DNA of 63,932 nt, counting the filler, from Octopus bimaculoides (lineage: Eukaryota): assembly GCF_001194135.2 (NCBI RefSeq). It is 8 parts of 7 records of this genome, joined end to end, with 100 filler letters (N's around TTAATTAATTAA, not from the genome) between each part and the next. Parts side by side here need not be neighbours in the genome. Positions count along the whole stretch, not along the records: positions 12,424 to 43,275 come from NC_068987.1; positions 43,376 to 49,359 come from NC_068987.1; positions 49,460 to 60,153 come from NC_069005.1; 5 more parts are not named here. One strand, written 5' to 3'. Below are positions 40,434 to 53,024 of this stretch, piece after piece. Both the position numbers and the translations under genes were made by a program. Positions within the stretch are counted from its first letter, which is position 1. The number at the start of each line of letters is the position of its first letter. The notes beneath the pieces are model-generated. The model was not told the origin of the DNA and did not search any database. It saw only the letters and a program-made list of their open reading frames with translations.

Positions 40434-40910
40434 ACTATATGTGTGTGTTTATATGTGTATAGACACACACATGTATATATGTGGGACTATGTATATGTGT
40501 GCGTAGTATATATATATATATATATATATNNNNNNNNNNNNNNNNNNNNNNNNNNNNNNNNNNNNNNNNNNNNNNNNNNNNNNNNNNNNNNNNNNNNNNN
40601 NNNNNNNNNNNNNNNNNNNNNNNNNNNNNNNNNNNNNNNNNNNNNNNNNNNNNNNNNNNNNNNNNNNNNNNNNNNNNNNNNNNNNNNNNNNNNNNNNNNN
40701 NNNNNNNNNNNNNNNNNNNNNNNNNNNNNNNNNNNNNNNNNNNNNNNNNNNNNNNNNNNNNNNNNNNNNNNNNNNNNNNNNNNNNNNNNNNNNNNNNNNN
40801 NNNNNNNNNNNNNNNNNNNNNNNNNNNNNNNNNNNNNNNNNNNNNNNNNNNNNNNNNNNNNNNNNNNNNNNNNNNNNNNNNNNNNNNNNNNNNNNNNNNN
40901 NNNNNNNNNN

Positions 40911-40971
<61 letters not shown>

Positions 40972-41479
40972 AAGAGAAATAAAGAGTGAGAGGGTGTGTG
41001 TGTGTACCACATGTATGAGTGCGTGGATGTAGTTATGTCATTGGATACATGTGAGTGTTTATGCAAGTGTATGTGCAAGTGGGCGCGAGTGCGAGTCGGA
41101 TGTGTGTATGCGCGTATGCATGTATGCACATTCCTGCATGTGTATATAGACATTGAGCGTATTTTCTGGAAGAACATATATGCGTGCGTGCGTTTTTCTT
41201 TCTCCAGGCGTGTGCCTGTGTGTGTACGTACATATTATACTGTTGATATTTATGTGTGCGTGTATGGCAGACGTATTCTAGTCGAGTAACAGCGCCGTTG
41301 CTGGGGGAAAGGAAGAAATAAGCATTGTATTGAGGTTTGGTGGTGTTGTGAGAGGGAATAGAGGAGAGGTATACGTACATAGATGCATGTATGTCCGTGT
41401 GCGTATATAAGTATATATACACGTAGATGTGCGTATGTGTGTACACAAAACGTTTATGGATGCAAAACTAGGGGGTGAC

Positions 41480-42800
41480 GAGGGATGCGTAAGGTTCTGG
41501 GTTTGTTTGCGGTCTTCGTAGGCACTGGTGGTTAGCTACTCTATTTTGAGCAACATCTCGTGTTAAGGTGTTTTATCAGGGTTGTCGGCAGCCAGTATTT
41601 TGAATTTCACCAGCAATAAAATAAATAGTTTGTATTTCCTGGTGGTAGATTCTGCAGGTTGGGCAAGAATGTGTACTGTTTCAGGGAGGCAGAGCTGGCA
41701 AATATGGGAATCAAGTGAGTAGGTTGAGGCAGTCTTGATGATGGTCGTGAAGTCTCCAGAGAAAACGAGTGCATATGTTGTGTGTAACTTTCCTGAAGTC
41801 ATTGACTCTCATGCCTGTGTGGTACCTTGTGATGCATTTGGATCTGTAAGCTACAGACCTTGAAAAGTAGTATCCTCCTAGAGTTAACCTTGTAGGGTTT
41901 CGGCGGTAACAGTTAGTGATTAAGGTTCTATAGGTATGTGTTTGTGTATGTTGTAGCATGCAATTTAGAGTCGATATCATCTAAGCAAGAGTAGCTCACC
42001 TTAACATTATGTGGATTGAAGAACTTATATTTCTTGGGGAAATTATTCTTAATCAAGGGTAAACAACTTCTAGCTATGTTAGCGGAAACTTCCAGGTTAA
42101 ATGATGTTGGGGTGAGATAGATTATATTTCTCTTCCTGATCTCCTTCGGGTGTGGGAGTGGTGGTTAGTGCTTTTCCGTATAATCTAACTTCTCGCCAAC
42201 ATCATCAACTCCGTCGCTATTTGTCCATAAAACGTCGACGAATTCGTCTACTTCTTTCTTCACACAGAACCAGGATTCACTTTCTGGCGCTCATGATGAC
42301 TCTGACATCGAAATCGTTTATACTAGTGAATTGTGTAGTAAACTCCAGGGTCTGCAGGAAAAGAAGTTTCGATACACAAGTGTAGAAAACTAGGATGACA
42401 AATTGTATGGATTTGCAGGCTGATTTGTTCGCGATTCTGCAGAACATGTCGATCACAGCTGCGTTGGAATCCGATCGAATCTACCATGTGGCCTTTCTAA
42501 TATCAGAGTCGATGATACCAAGACTGCACTTAATGACAATGCCTATCTCACATTTAGTGGGGTTGAATAGCCTGCATTTGAGGTCGTAGTGTAAATGAGC
42601 TTTGTGATCCTGTAGTGGGGGTACGTAAGAGGCGGTCCACATGATCCTCTATTTGAGGGAGGATGTCTAGCTCGTTTGCATCTGTATTTTATGAATGTAT
42701 GTGGTGGTGCTGGTTTTATGTTTTGTAAATCTTGATGATCAGTTCCTAGAAGTGCATGGAAACAAACCTCTTTACTCTTGATCTAACACATCCATTTTCG
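41480..42800 (-). mobile_element. Penelope-like element remnant (RT N-terminal part, linker, endonuclease end; internal deletions)
   Basis: DHK...CRLFNPTKCEIG; RKRNIIY...FNPHNVKVSYSCL; CQLCLPETVHIL. Confidence 0.8.
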
Positions 42801-42848
42801 ACAATAAAATATAACTGAAGCAATCAAGAAAAAAATCTCCGTGGCTTA

Positions 42849-43055
42849 TAGGTGCAGGCGTGACTGAGTGGTAACAGTTTTGCTTCTTAACCACATGGTC
42901 CCGAGTACAGTATTGCAAGGTGCTGATTGTGATACTGATCACAAAATGGTTAGGGCTAAATTCAAGTTCGGGGTCCGTAAGAAGATTCGTAGTGAATGTG
43001 TAAAAGTACCAAAGAGAATTGATGTAGAGCAGCTAAAACAACCACAAGTATAGAT
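42849..43055 (+). mobile_element. SINE S1 head joined to an RTE endonuclease fragment
   Basis: S1 head 42849-42917 followed directly by GADCDTDHKMVRAKFKF (APE C-terminal motif). Confidence 0.7.
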
Positions 43056-43064
43056 TCTTCTACA

Positions 43065-43270
43065 TAATTCAGTCACTTCACTACGGTCATACTGGAGCAC
43101 CCCTTTTAGTCGAACAAATCGACCCAGGACTTATTCTTTGTAAGCCTAGTACTTATTTTATCGGTCTCTATCGCCGAACGGATATGTTACGGAGACGTAA
43201 ACACGCCACAATCGGTTGTCGAGCGATGGTGGTGGGACAAACACCGACACAAACAAATACAAACATACAT
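43065..43270 (-). mobile_element. SINE S1 3' half
   Basis: CATACTGGAGCACC...GAACAAATCGACCCAGGACTTATTCTTTGTAAGCCTAGTACTTA. Confidence 0.85.
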
Positions 43271-44199
43271 ACATANNNNNNNNNNNNNNNNNNNNNNNNN
43301 NNNNNNNNNNNNNNNNNNNTTAATTAATTAANNNNNNNNNNNNNNNNNNNNNNNNNNNNNNNNNNNNNNNNNNNNACGAAGCACATTATACCCATCATGA
43401 CTAACCGTCTGGGGTACACCAGGCACTCTCTCGAAAACGTATTTCTGCAAAATGTTATCTAAAATTATGGGTAAAGAAATATTTGAAAATTGGGGTGGGG
43501 GGGAAATTTCCGAGGGTTCCACCCCACCCCACCCTGTTTTCCGAACCCCCAAAAGGGTTTTTATAGCATATTGGGAGGTCACCGGAATTCAGTCAACGTA
43601 AAAACAAAAATTTCCAATGGTTCCGGATGGGGTGGGGGTCTGGTTTCCCACTCCACACCCTTTTTTCCGAACAAAAATAAGGGGTTTGCAGCATATTAGG
43701 TCAGGGTACTTGATTCCATGCAAAAAATCCGAGTTTTTTTTTTTCTTAGTGAAAATCGTGCGGACGAAAGGACAAAATTAACCGTTTCATTATTCAAAAG
43801 TTAATAAAACACTACATACTTATTAATATATCACCACAACAAGTTATAATATCAAATTACCAGTGACTAATATAATCTTAAATTTCATTAAATAGGAACT
43901 AATGGAAGTACTTGTAATTAACTATTATTATAAGTCATGCTATGCTTAAAGCTAATTAAGCCGTTTAAAAGATAATAAAACTACAAGTATTAACACTTAC
44001 ATGTTTATCAGACACGCGGTTCTCCCACGAAGAATTTAAAGGGCCAACTAAATATTGATGACGTAGTGTGTAATTACTACTTTCTCAATTGTCTCCATAT
44101 TGGTCATCTTTCGATACGAGTCCTTTTTCTGTCAAAGGGCATCGCCACAAATAACTCGAATCGTAAACCTTCAAATCCTTACAAAATATTTGCTGAGCT

Positions 44200-44640
44200 G
44201 AAGACTAGATATTACCCCATATTTATTAGCGATTAAAAGTTTTAACCAACTTACCATATTTATACCCTTGTTTTACTAAATAAAGTTTATTAGCATTATT
44301 AATAATAGTACTATGTCTAACAATTTGCCCAGCAAAATCACCGTAACCAATGAAAGAAGGAATTTTACTACTAAACCATGGCATTGAAGCCACCTGGAAA
44401 CCAAAATTTTCTGTTTTATTATAAATGTCAAGGTCAATATAAAGATCTTCACCCTTGAACAAAAAATGAATAAATAAACCAGCCTGCTGGGGGTTAAGAA
44501 CTATGTAGAAAACGAAGTACATATTTCATTGCTATCTTAAATTACTTGATTGACGTCTAAATAATTAATATTTCTTATATTATTACCATTTCTGGTGGCT
44601 ATAATCTCACAAGGGTATATATTGGTCTGTGTTTGTGCCA
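44200..44640 (-). mobile_element. Penelope-like RT C-terminal fragment
   Basis: IYNKTENFGFQVASMPWFSSKIP...YGDFAGQIVRH...KQGY resembles the YDKRDDF.F.IV.FP...SNIP...YGV..SQL.RY motif. Confidence 0.65.
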
Positions 44641-44758
44641 CCGCATTTCCTCATTTTGACATAGCACAATAGTTGCAAGCGAATATCACCGTCATAGAAG
44701 TGGTTCCTTCGTTTCCAACTCTCCTGTGAAAACATGTCCAGCTCCGAGGAAATGATAT

Positions 44759-44972
44759 CTTTTCTACTCTAGGCACAAAGCCCGAATTTTTTGGAGTGGA
44801 GGTCAGTCGATTAGATCGTCCCCAGTATGCAACTGGCACTTAATTTATGGACCCCGAAAGGATGAAAAGCAAAGTCGAACTTGGCGGAATTTGAACTCAG
44901 AACGTAAAGACAGACGAAATACCGCTAAGCATTTCGCCCGCTGTGCTAACGTTTCTACCAGCTCGCGGCCTT
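44759..44972 (-). mobile_element. SINE S2 with TSD, nested in a family S5 element
   Basis: TSD GAGGAAAT(G/A)ATAT at 44746-44758 and 44973-44985; the host repeat resumes on both sides (44690-45040). Confidence 0.8.
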
Positions 44973-45039
44973 GAGGAAATAATATTTTGCATGTTAACAG
45001 GCGAGGGTTGGTGACAAAAATGGCATCCGAACGTAGAAA

Positions 45040-46190
45040 ATTTGTCTTATAGACACAGAAGTGACTGTGTGGTAATTCGCGTTAAGGTTGAGGCACCTTT
45101 GGCTTTACCTGGATGGAGAGCAGGTGTGGTCACNNNNNNNNNNNNNNNNNNNNNNNNNNNNNNNNNNNNNNNNNNNNNNNNNNNNNNNNNNNNNNNNNNN
45201 NNNNNNNNNNNNNNNNNNNNNNNNNNNNNNNNNNNNNNNNNNNNNNNNNNNNNNNNNNNNNNNNNNNNNNNNNNNNNNNNNNNNNNNNNNNNNNNNNNNN
45301 NNNNNNNNNNNNNNNNNNNNNNNNNNNNNNNNNNNNNNNNNNNNNNNNNNNNNNNNNNNNNNNNNNNNNNNNNNNNNNNNNNNNNNNNNNNNNNNNNNNN
45401 NNNNNNNNNNNNNNNNNNNNNNNNNNNNNNNNNNNNNNNNNNNNNNNNNNNNNNNNNNNNNNNNNNNNNNNNNNNNNNNNNNNNNNNNNNNNNNNNNNNN
45501 NNNNNNNNNNNNNNNNNNNNNNNNNNNNNNNNNNNNNNNNNNNNNNNNNNNNNNNNNNNNNNNNNNNNNNNNNNNNNNNNNNNNNNNNNNNNNNNNNNGA
45601 TAAACTGTCAAAGCACGGAAGTGCTGTATCGCCGACATGTCCGAGGTGCGGGCAGGACAGGGAAACCGTCTTGCACGCATTCAAGGAATGCCGGAATTAA
45701 CGAGACTGATAGTTTTCGCAGAACAACTGTTGTCATCGATGGGAAGAGTACAGCTATCAGCTGAATCTATCATCGAGATTGTGCCGCCTCCTTCTCTCAA
45801 CAGAGAAAGGAAGGCTTGCTTTTCCTGCGTAGTAGCCACACTGAAAGAAACAGTATGGAAGACGCGTGTAAGAGGCATAGTGACGGATACCTTTGTATCT
45901 GGCCAGGGGTTAGTTAACTTTTTTTGTTACCACCTCAGTAGTAAGATCAAGCTGGAGAAGAGGTATCTGTCTCGAGACAGATTCATGAGAAGATGGAAGC
46001 TTGTGGCGAGGAAGCTGGGAGTGTTTAGCACTAGGTAAGTGGAAGCCAAAAACAAGGGAAAGAAAAGGCAAGGGGTCTACCCTGGTGGTCGGATGCCTAT
46101 CCTTCAGGAAAGCCATTACAAATTGCATCTGTAATGAGCAATGCTTTAATCGAACATTGTAAATATAATCAAATTATTATTGTATATTTA
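45040..46190 (+). mobile_element. L1/Tx1-clade LINE 3' end (CCHC zinc knuckle), spanning an N gap
   Basis: CPRCGQDRETVLHAFKEC followed by ...KETVWKTR...F...W..; ORF 45637-46038. Confidence 0.8.
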
Positions 46191-46295
46191 AAATTGTAAA
46201 TATTTAATTGATACAGCTACTTTACCTCTTTTATGTTTGTCTGACCTTGTTCGTCCCCTCTTTGTAATGCCCTTATGGCAAATGTTTATGAAATA

Positions 46296-46662
46296 AAGTA
46301 GCTTGCTTACCAACCACATGGTTCCGGGTTCAGTCTTACTGCGTGGCACCTTGGGCAAGTGTCTTCTACTATAGCCTCGGGCCGACCAAAGCCTTGTGAG
46401 TGGATTTGGTAGACAGAAACTGAAAGAAGCCCATCGTGTGTGTGTGTGTGTGTGCATGTTTGTGTGTCTGTATTTGTCCCCCCACCATCGCTTGAAAACC
46501 GATGCTGGTGTGTTTACGTCCCCGTAACCTAGTGGTTCGGCAAAAGAGACCGATAGAATAAGTACTAGGCTTACAAAGAATAATTCCAGGGGTCGATTTG
46601 TTCGACTAAAAGCAGTGCTCCAACATGGCCGCAGTCAAATGACTGAAACAAATAAAAGAATA
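46296..46662 (+). mobile_element. SINE S1, near full length
   Basis: B-box-like GGTTCAGTC, internal (TG)n, S1 3' tail. Confidence 0.9.
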
Positions 46663-47489
46663 GAGTTTTGTCTAACTCATGCAGGCATGGAAAAATGGAC
46701 GTTAAAACGTTGTCGCTTCGATCATTATCATCATCATCATCATAATCAGTATTGTTATAATCAATGTTGTAATATATCCTGAGAAAGGGGATGATGAGGT
46801 ATTACTGATTTCCGGTTCTGGTTTATACATTATGCAAAAGATAAGTAAAAGGAAATTTGGTAATTGTTCAGTATGGGAGATTTAAAAAAGTAAATAAAAA
46901 TAAAAGGGAGATAACTACTAAAGCAAGTCGACGCCGTGCCAACTACTGAAGAATCTTGTCTTCTGATTTACCTAATTGAGTGATATTCCAAGATTCCTCC
47001 AAGATTGACTCACGGTTGAGGACTTCAAGTTCAGGAACAGAATTACGGTGCCACTGGTCTCCCACGTGCCATTCCGATCGATTTGAAAGTAAAAAATGAC
47101 GAACATATTTCGGTTTAAGGAATGAGAACCTACTTATCTCCCCTTGTTATTTTCCCCTTAATGTTTATTTACTTTTTAAAATCCCCCATACTGAACAATC
47201 ACCAGAAATTTATTAACTTTTCTTGAAAGTTATTTGTAATAAACACGAAAACGAATTGAATCAAGCCGGAATTAAAATCGATCCAGAGAGATTTTGAGAC
47301 TAGGCTCATGAGACTGGAAATTTTATGGTAAGCTAGGTGTGTATAGAACTTGTTCTTTTGTTGGAATAGATATAGATATTCACAGCAAAATCATAACACT
47401 TCACTGTACGGAGAGACATTTCTCAAGACATTTGTGCGTTTACTATATATCGACTGGAACAAGTGAGAATTGATGAATTCATATACATA

Positions 47490-47870
47490 CATAGGCGCAG
47501 ACCACTACATGGTCCCGGGTTCAGTCCTACTGTGTGACACCTTGGGCAAATGTCTTCTATAGCCTTGGGCCGACCATAGCCTTGTGAGTGGATATGGTAG
47601 GCTGAAACTGAAAGAAGCATGTCGTGTGTGAGTGCTTGTGTTTATGCCCCCACCCACGTTTGACAACCGATGTTGGTGTGTTTACATCCCCGTAACTTGG
47701 CGGTTCGACAAAGACGACCGATAGAATAAGTACCAGGCTTAGAAAAAAATAGATAAGTACTGGGGTTGTCTCACTCGACTAAAAATTCTTGAAAGCGGTG
47801 CCCCAGCATGGCCGCAGTCTAGTGACTGAAACAAGCAAAAGATAATAAAAAGAAAAGATGAATAAAAGAA
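47490..47870 (+). mobile_element. SINE S1, near full length
   Basis: Collinear with 46296-46662; A-rich (AAAAG) tail. Confidence 0.9.
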
Positions 47871-48129
47871 ATACAAGAACGTTGAATGGAGGATTTCGTA
47901 AATGTATTTTCTGTGTTACGGAATTGAGCTGAAGAGGCTTTTCGGAAATCTAGTAGAAGACACTAAAATTAAGAAAGAATACTGAAGTAGTCCGTTGTTT
48001 TATTTATTGTTTCTTTAAGTTGATTTAAGAGAATTGGATCTGGTGAGAAAATTGACATAGGACTTAGAATGGTTGAGATAGACAGCATTTCAGCTTAGTC
48101 GGAAATGTGCAAATATGGAAACTAACAAG

Positions 48130-48510
48130 TTATTGTAAGCTCATGGATATGACAGCAGTGACAACCACAACGGTGATGGTGACGTTGACGACTATAGCGA
48201 CGACGGCAACTATTATAATGTGGTATGATAGTAGGGTTGGGTTGTTGTTGCTGTTGGTGGTGGTGGTGATGGTGGCGAGGATGTTAATGGCGTGATTATG
48301 TGTTGGTGGTGACGAAGACGATGGTGGTGCTCATGATGATTACGACAATAATAACGATGCGGTACGGTGATTATATTGATGTTGATGGAGGGAGTGGAGA
48401 TGGGATGGAGCGGTGGTGGTGGTGGTAGCGGGTCAGGGTTTAATGGAGAAGTGATCAAGACGACGCTGGTGGGCGCGGTGATGGTAGTGGTAATGGTGGA
48501 CGATGATAAC
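48130..48510. repeat. Degenerate (GGT/GAT/GAC)n trinucleotide tract
   Basis: Direct reading; similar tracts at 54540-54770, 58581-58745 and 63750-63880. Confidence 0.85.
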
Positions 48511-49054
48511 AGGTTACAGTAGGGAAGTGTTGACAAAAGCATTGAGAATGTACACGTCAGAACTGAGTGTAAACAGAGGTGCAAATGAGGAAAGCTTATT
48601 ATATAAACACTATGATTTCTTGAAAAGAAAAAAGAATAAGGCTCAAGGCAGTTACAGAGATTGCAAGGGATTTAGACACAACTAAGCCGTCGTCTGATAT
48701 ATTCCCTATCACCACCACCACTACCACCACCTAGATTTACGAGCGAGGGAGATTCAATATAATTGCTTGATTTGCTGCAGTGAACAACCGTATCTCCTTC
48801 AAATGACGCTCTGCTGTTTTTAACAAATGACACTTTAGTTTATGTAACCCTCGATATACTGTGTCGGAAAAACAACATAAAAGAAGAAAAGATCACAGCT
48901 AGAATGTCATTTGATAGCTCAGCCACAACACATCTCTGACGACACCACCACTCAGAGTTACCGTCTAGGGAGTTTCAATGTTGTCATTCTACCTGCTAGA
49001 AATAGCAACAAAATCTGCTCCAAATCTCTTTTACCATCATCGTCATCATCGTCA

Positions 49055-49310
49055 TCACCGTTTAACGTTCGCTTCCCATGCTGGCATGGGTTGGATGGAT
49101 TGACTGAGGACTGGCAAGCCAGGAGGCTGCACCAGGCTCCAATCTGATCTGGCAAGGTTTCTACAGCTGGATGTCATTCCTAACACCAACCACTCCGAGA
49201 GTGTAGTGGGTTCTTTTTACGTGTAACCGGCACGGGGGCCAGTCAGGCGATACTGGCATCGACCGCGCTCGAACGGTGCTTTTTACGTACCACCGGCACG
49301 GAAGCCAGGT
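49055..49310 (-). mobile_element. SINE family S5 3' part (ends in GAT-type repeats)
   Basis: Minus strand GGTGTTAGGAATGACATCCAGCTGTAGAAACCTTGCC...GTTAAACGGTGATGACGATG; related to the host element at 44690-45040. Confidence 0.7.
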
Positions 49311-51211
49311 AAATCCAGATAGTATTTTGGCAGTAATTTGAATGTTGCGTTCACATTGGNNNNNNNNNNNNNNNNNNNNNNNNNNNNNNNNNNNNNNNNN
49401 NNNTTAATTAATTAANNNNNNNNNNNNNNNNNNNNNNNNNNNNNNNNNNNNNNNNNNNNTATATATATATACAGATAGATAGAATAGGCAGATATTGATG
49501 TATAGACGTCTGTGTGTCTACGTTTGCTTATATATGTGTGTGTATGTGTGTTTCTTTTTGTGTGTGTGTGTGTGTGTGCGTGTAAAATATATAATATATA
49601 TATCCTTAGATCCTGAGATGGATTAGTGGGAGGGACGTAAATTGATTTGTTGTTGCTGATTGGAAATCAAAAGTCTCCGAAATTGTGTCACGTGGTCTTC
49701 ACTACTACACAACATCTCTCTCTACTAACAGCAGCAGTCATCCACATTTCTACTACCTTCACTCACAAACACAGACCCAGATAAACATCACACACACACA
49801 CGCACACACACATACACACACACACACAAGCACACAGAGAAACGCACAAACACACCCACACGCTAACACACTGAAGCACACACGTATACAAACACACACA
49901 TGCGAAGACATATATGCAAACTGTTATTACACACAGAAACACACACTTGCAATCAGATACACGTGCAACCACACACACTTACACAAACACCTCCACAGAC
50001 ATACGAAAAAAAAGATTTCAGCAAAGAGATCGACCAATCATAAATGAATAACTACCAAATATTATATTTGCAAAAAACCTAGGAAACGAGCCGAGTTCAA
50101 TCTTAAAAGTTACTACAGAACAATGACGAGTGTTTTAAAAAATGGCGGGAATAAAAGAAACTCTTGCCTGTGATTTTACGGCGCCATTGTTTCGAAAAAT
50201 TTTGGTTTCCGTTGCTCATTTTAAGTGAAGAACGGCTTTTTTTCGAAATGAGGTGAGGTGGAAAGTGGTGAATGCTGGTGGTGGGTCGTTTTGGTAATGA
50301 TGAAGATGTTGCTAATTTCATTGTAGGCGTAGGAGGTGGTTTCTGATAGTTGTACCTTATTATTTGTAATTTTTTTGTGGAGAGGTAGGTAAATAGATAT
50401 ACAAAATGTTGATGTCGGGAGTGGGATTCAGTGTAGGTTAGTGGCAGATGGCATGGAAGTGCTGGCGGCGGTGGTGATGGTATTGGTGTGGTGGTGGCTT
50501 TGGTGGGTGTTTGTGATTATCGTTTGTAAAACGGCAACATTGATGTTTGCGATGGTGTGCATGTATGTATGAATGTGTGCATGTGTGTGCGCGTGAGTGT
50601 GCATGTGTGTGTGTATGTGTGTGCGTGTGTGTGCGCGTGTGTGTGTGAACAATGATTGGCATTTATTCTTTCTTAATTTCTTCTGGCAGATTCACACGCA
50701 AAATATGTCAGTCGATGTTGTGTACATCACCGAAGAACAACTGCCTTTTACCTTGACAGTTCTTTTCATAACACACTGGCGTCTTTGAGACAAGGGCTTC
50801 TGAAACAGCGGTGTTGCAAAATATTTTGTCTCCTCAATTTGAAGAACCCGGACCTTTCAGCCTAAACCAATTTGCGGATTTTGATTATATTTTCAGCAAG
50901 CAAAGTGTTTCTTTTTTTTTTTCTGATCAGTGCTGAATTCTGCCGAGGCCAAAAATCTGCCGAAACATATTAAGAATATGCAAATATTCGTTTCAGATAT
51001 CGACGTCTTCAGAACAAATAATGATGATATATATATATATAAATATATAAGGTTGAGGAGGGTATTGGATTTCTACACGGATATTTACCACTGGAATGAA
51101 ACTACACTTCAAGTACTGTTCTCTCTTTTTTCAGCACATCACACTCTTTACCACTTCATACTAGAAATATCCGCCTATGGATATAATAATAGATTACTTT
51201 ATTTTTTTTCT

Positions 51212-51260
51212 GTCTCCGATGAAGGGAAGTACTGGATCTTCCCAGAAACAGCTGTAAGAC
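51212..51260 (+). ncRNA. Minimal type I hammerhead ribozyme, PLE-associated, family A
   Basis: GUCU-CCGAUGA-A-GGGAAG(UACUGGAU)CUUCCC-A-GAAA-CAGCUG-UA-AGAC: stems I and II pair, palindromic stem III, GUA cleavage triplet. Confidence 0.75.
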
Positions 51261-51489
51261 TCTATCCATAAAATACTTCTCCAACNNNNNNNNNNNNNNN
51301 NNNNNNNNNNNNNNNNNNNNNNNNNNNNNNNNNNNNNNNNNNNNNNNNNNNNNNNNNNNNNNNNNNNNNNNNNNNNNNNNNNNNNNNNNNNNNNNNNNNN
51401 NNNNNNNNNNNNNNNNNNNNNNNNNNNNNNNNNNNNNNNNNNNNNNNNCATACATACATATATACATACATGCATACATGGTGGTTGTC

Positions 51490-52985
51490 TATTCCTTATG
51501 GTCTGATGACCACCTCTTGTACCTTCACTTTAGATTCATCATGTCGTTTGATATTGCTTTTTAAACCAAACAAGGTATCTGGACCCCAACTATGCGAACC
51601 TGTTCGTTGGCTACGTTGAGACCCAAATATTCTCCAGTTTCACTGGTCCCACTCCCGAAATATACGGCCGTTATATTGACGACTGTATCGGTGCGACATC
51701 ACTCTCCCGCGAACATCTAGACTACTTCCTCTCTTTTGTCCAATCCTTCCATCCTGCCCTCCACTTTTCCTGCACTATCTCTGACACCTCTGTCCCCTTT
51801 CTTGACATTTCAGTCAGCATTCATCACTCCACTCGCACCACCTCCATCCACTACAAACACACTAACTCACAGTCATACCTCAACTTCTCCTTCTCCCAAC
51901 CTAAACACACCAAGCTTTCCATCCCCTATTCCCAATTCCTTCCTCCGTAGTGACGACCATGACTTTGAGACTCAGTCTCAACTCATGGCTCGCCACTTCA
52001 TCCTACGTGGATATCCCCTCACCACTATCCACACCGCCCTTGCCAGAGCAGGTTCTATGGGATTAATCTTCTCTCTTCGCTCCGTTGCGCCACATGGGCT
52101 CAGCACTCCTCCCCTCTTCATCTAACCTCCTCTCCTCGCCTCTTTCCCTCTCACACCTACTTCCTCCCGCCCACTTCTTTCTTGCTCTGACTCCTACTTA
52201 TTCTCTTAACTCCTACTTTTCTCTCTTCTCTTCACTCCTACCCACCTTCTCCTTTCCCCTTCATCGTCACCCCTCCCTCGTAACCGCACCCCATCCCTAC
52301 ACATTTCAATCCCACCTTCCCTATCCTTCCCATCCCACCTCTACCCCTCCTCAGCCTCACCCACACCCTACTCTTGCTTTCCCCACTCCTGCCTCCCCCN
52401 NNNNNNNNNNNNNNNNNNNNNNNNNNNNNNNNNNNNNNNNNNNNNNNNNNNNNNNNNNNNNNNNNNNNNNNNNNNNNNNNNNNNNNNNNNNNNNNNNNNN
52501 NNNNNNNNNNNNNNNNNNNNNNNNNNNNNNNNNNNNNNNNNNNNNNNNNNNNNNNNNNNNNNNNNNNNNNNNNNNNNNNNNNNNNNNNNNNNNNNNNNNN
52601 NNNNNNNNNNNNNNNNNNNNNNNNNNNNNNNNNNNNNNNNNNNNNNNNNNNNNNNNNNNNNNNNNNNNNNNNNNNNNNNNNNNNNNNNNNNNNNNNNNNN
52701 NNNNNNNNNNNNNNNNNNNNNNNNNNNNNNNNNNNNNNNNNNNNNNNNNNNNNNNNNNNNNCCCTTCTTCCTAGCTCTTCTGTGTGACCTTTCTGTCCGG
52801 CATTCGCCATGATAGATCCCTAGCCACTACAGATTCTTTATTTTCTCTCCTTGTTCCTTTCTGTGTTCCTTTCTGTGGAAGGGCGTAGGCTCGAAACGTT
52901 AAAGACTTCTTCCATTCCCGAGCTTTAAACTAATACATCTGTCTGTTGTCTACACCACCTGTCTTCGTCTTTTGCTTTTTTTGTG
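51490..52985 (+). mobile_element. Penelope-like element (Poseidon-like RT), spanning an N gap
   Basis: GPNYANLFVG...GRYIDDCIG (51669-51683)...VPFLDISV...SIPYSQF; pyrimidine-rich 3' region and terminal hammerhead. Confidence 0.9.
52869..52904 (+). ncRNA. Minimal hammerhead ribozyme, PLE-associated, family B
   Basis: CUUU-CUGUGGA-A-GGGC(GUAG)GCUC-GAAA-CG-UU-AAAG. Confidence 0.6.
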
Positions 52986-53024
52986 AATTCTTCCCTCTAT
53001 GTGTGTGTAAAATTGTAATAAAAA

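Noticed and set aside
48725-48800. GAGCG...CGCTC hairpin as a pre-miRNA
   Set aside because: Large asymmetric bulges; not a Drosha/Dicer-type stem
50689-50870. Strong-looking splice acceptor (TTCTTCTGGCAG) and possible exon
   Set aside because: No matching donor before stops and no recognisable peptide
50985-51020. Minus-strand CTGAAGA...GAAA
   Set aside because: Stems I, II and III do not pair convincingly
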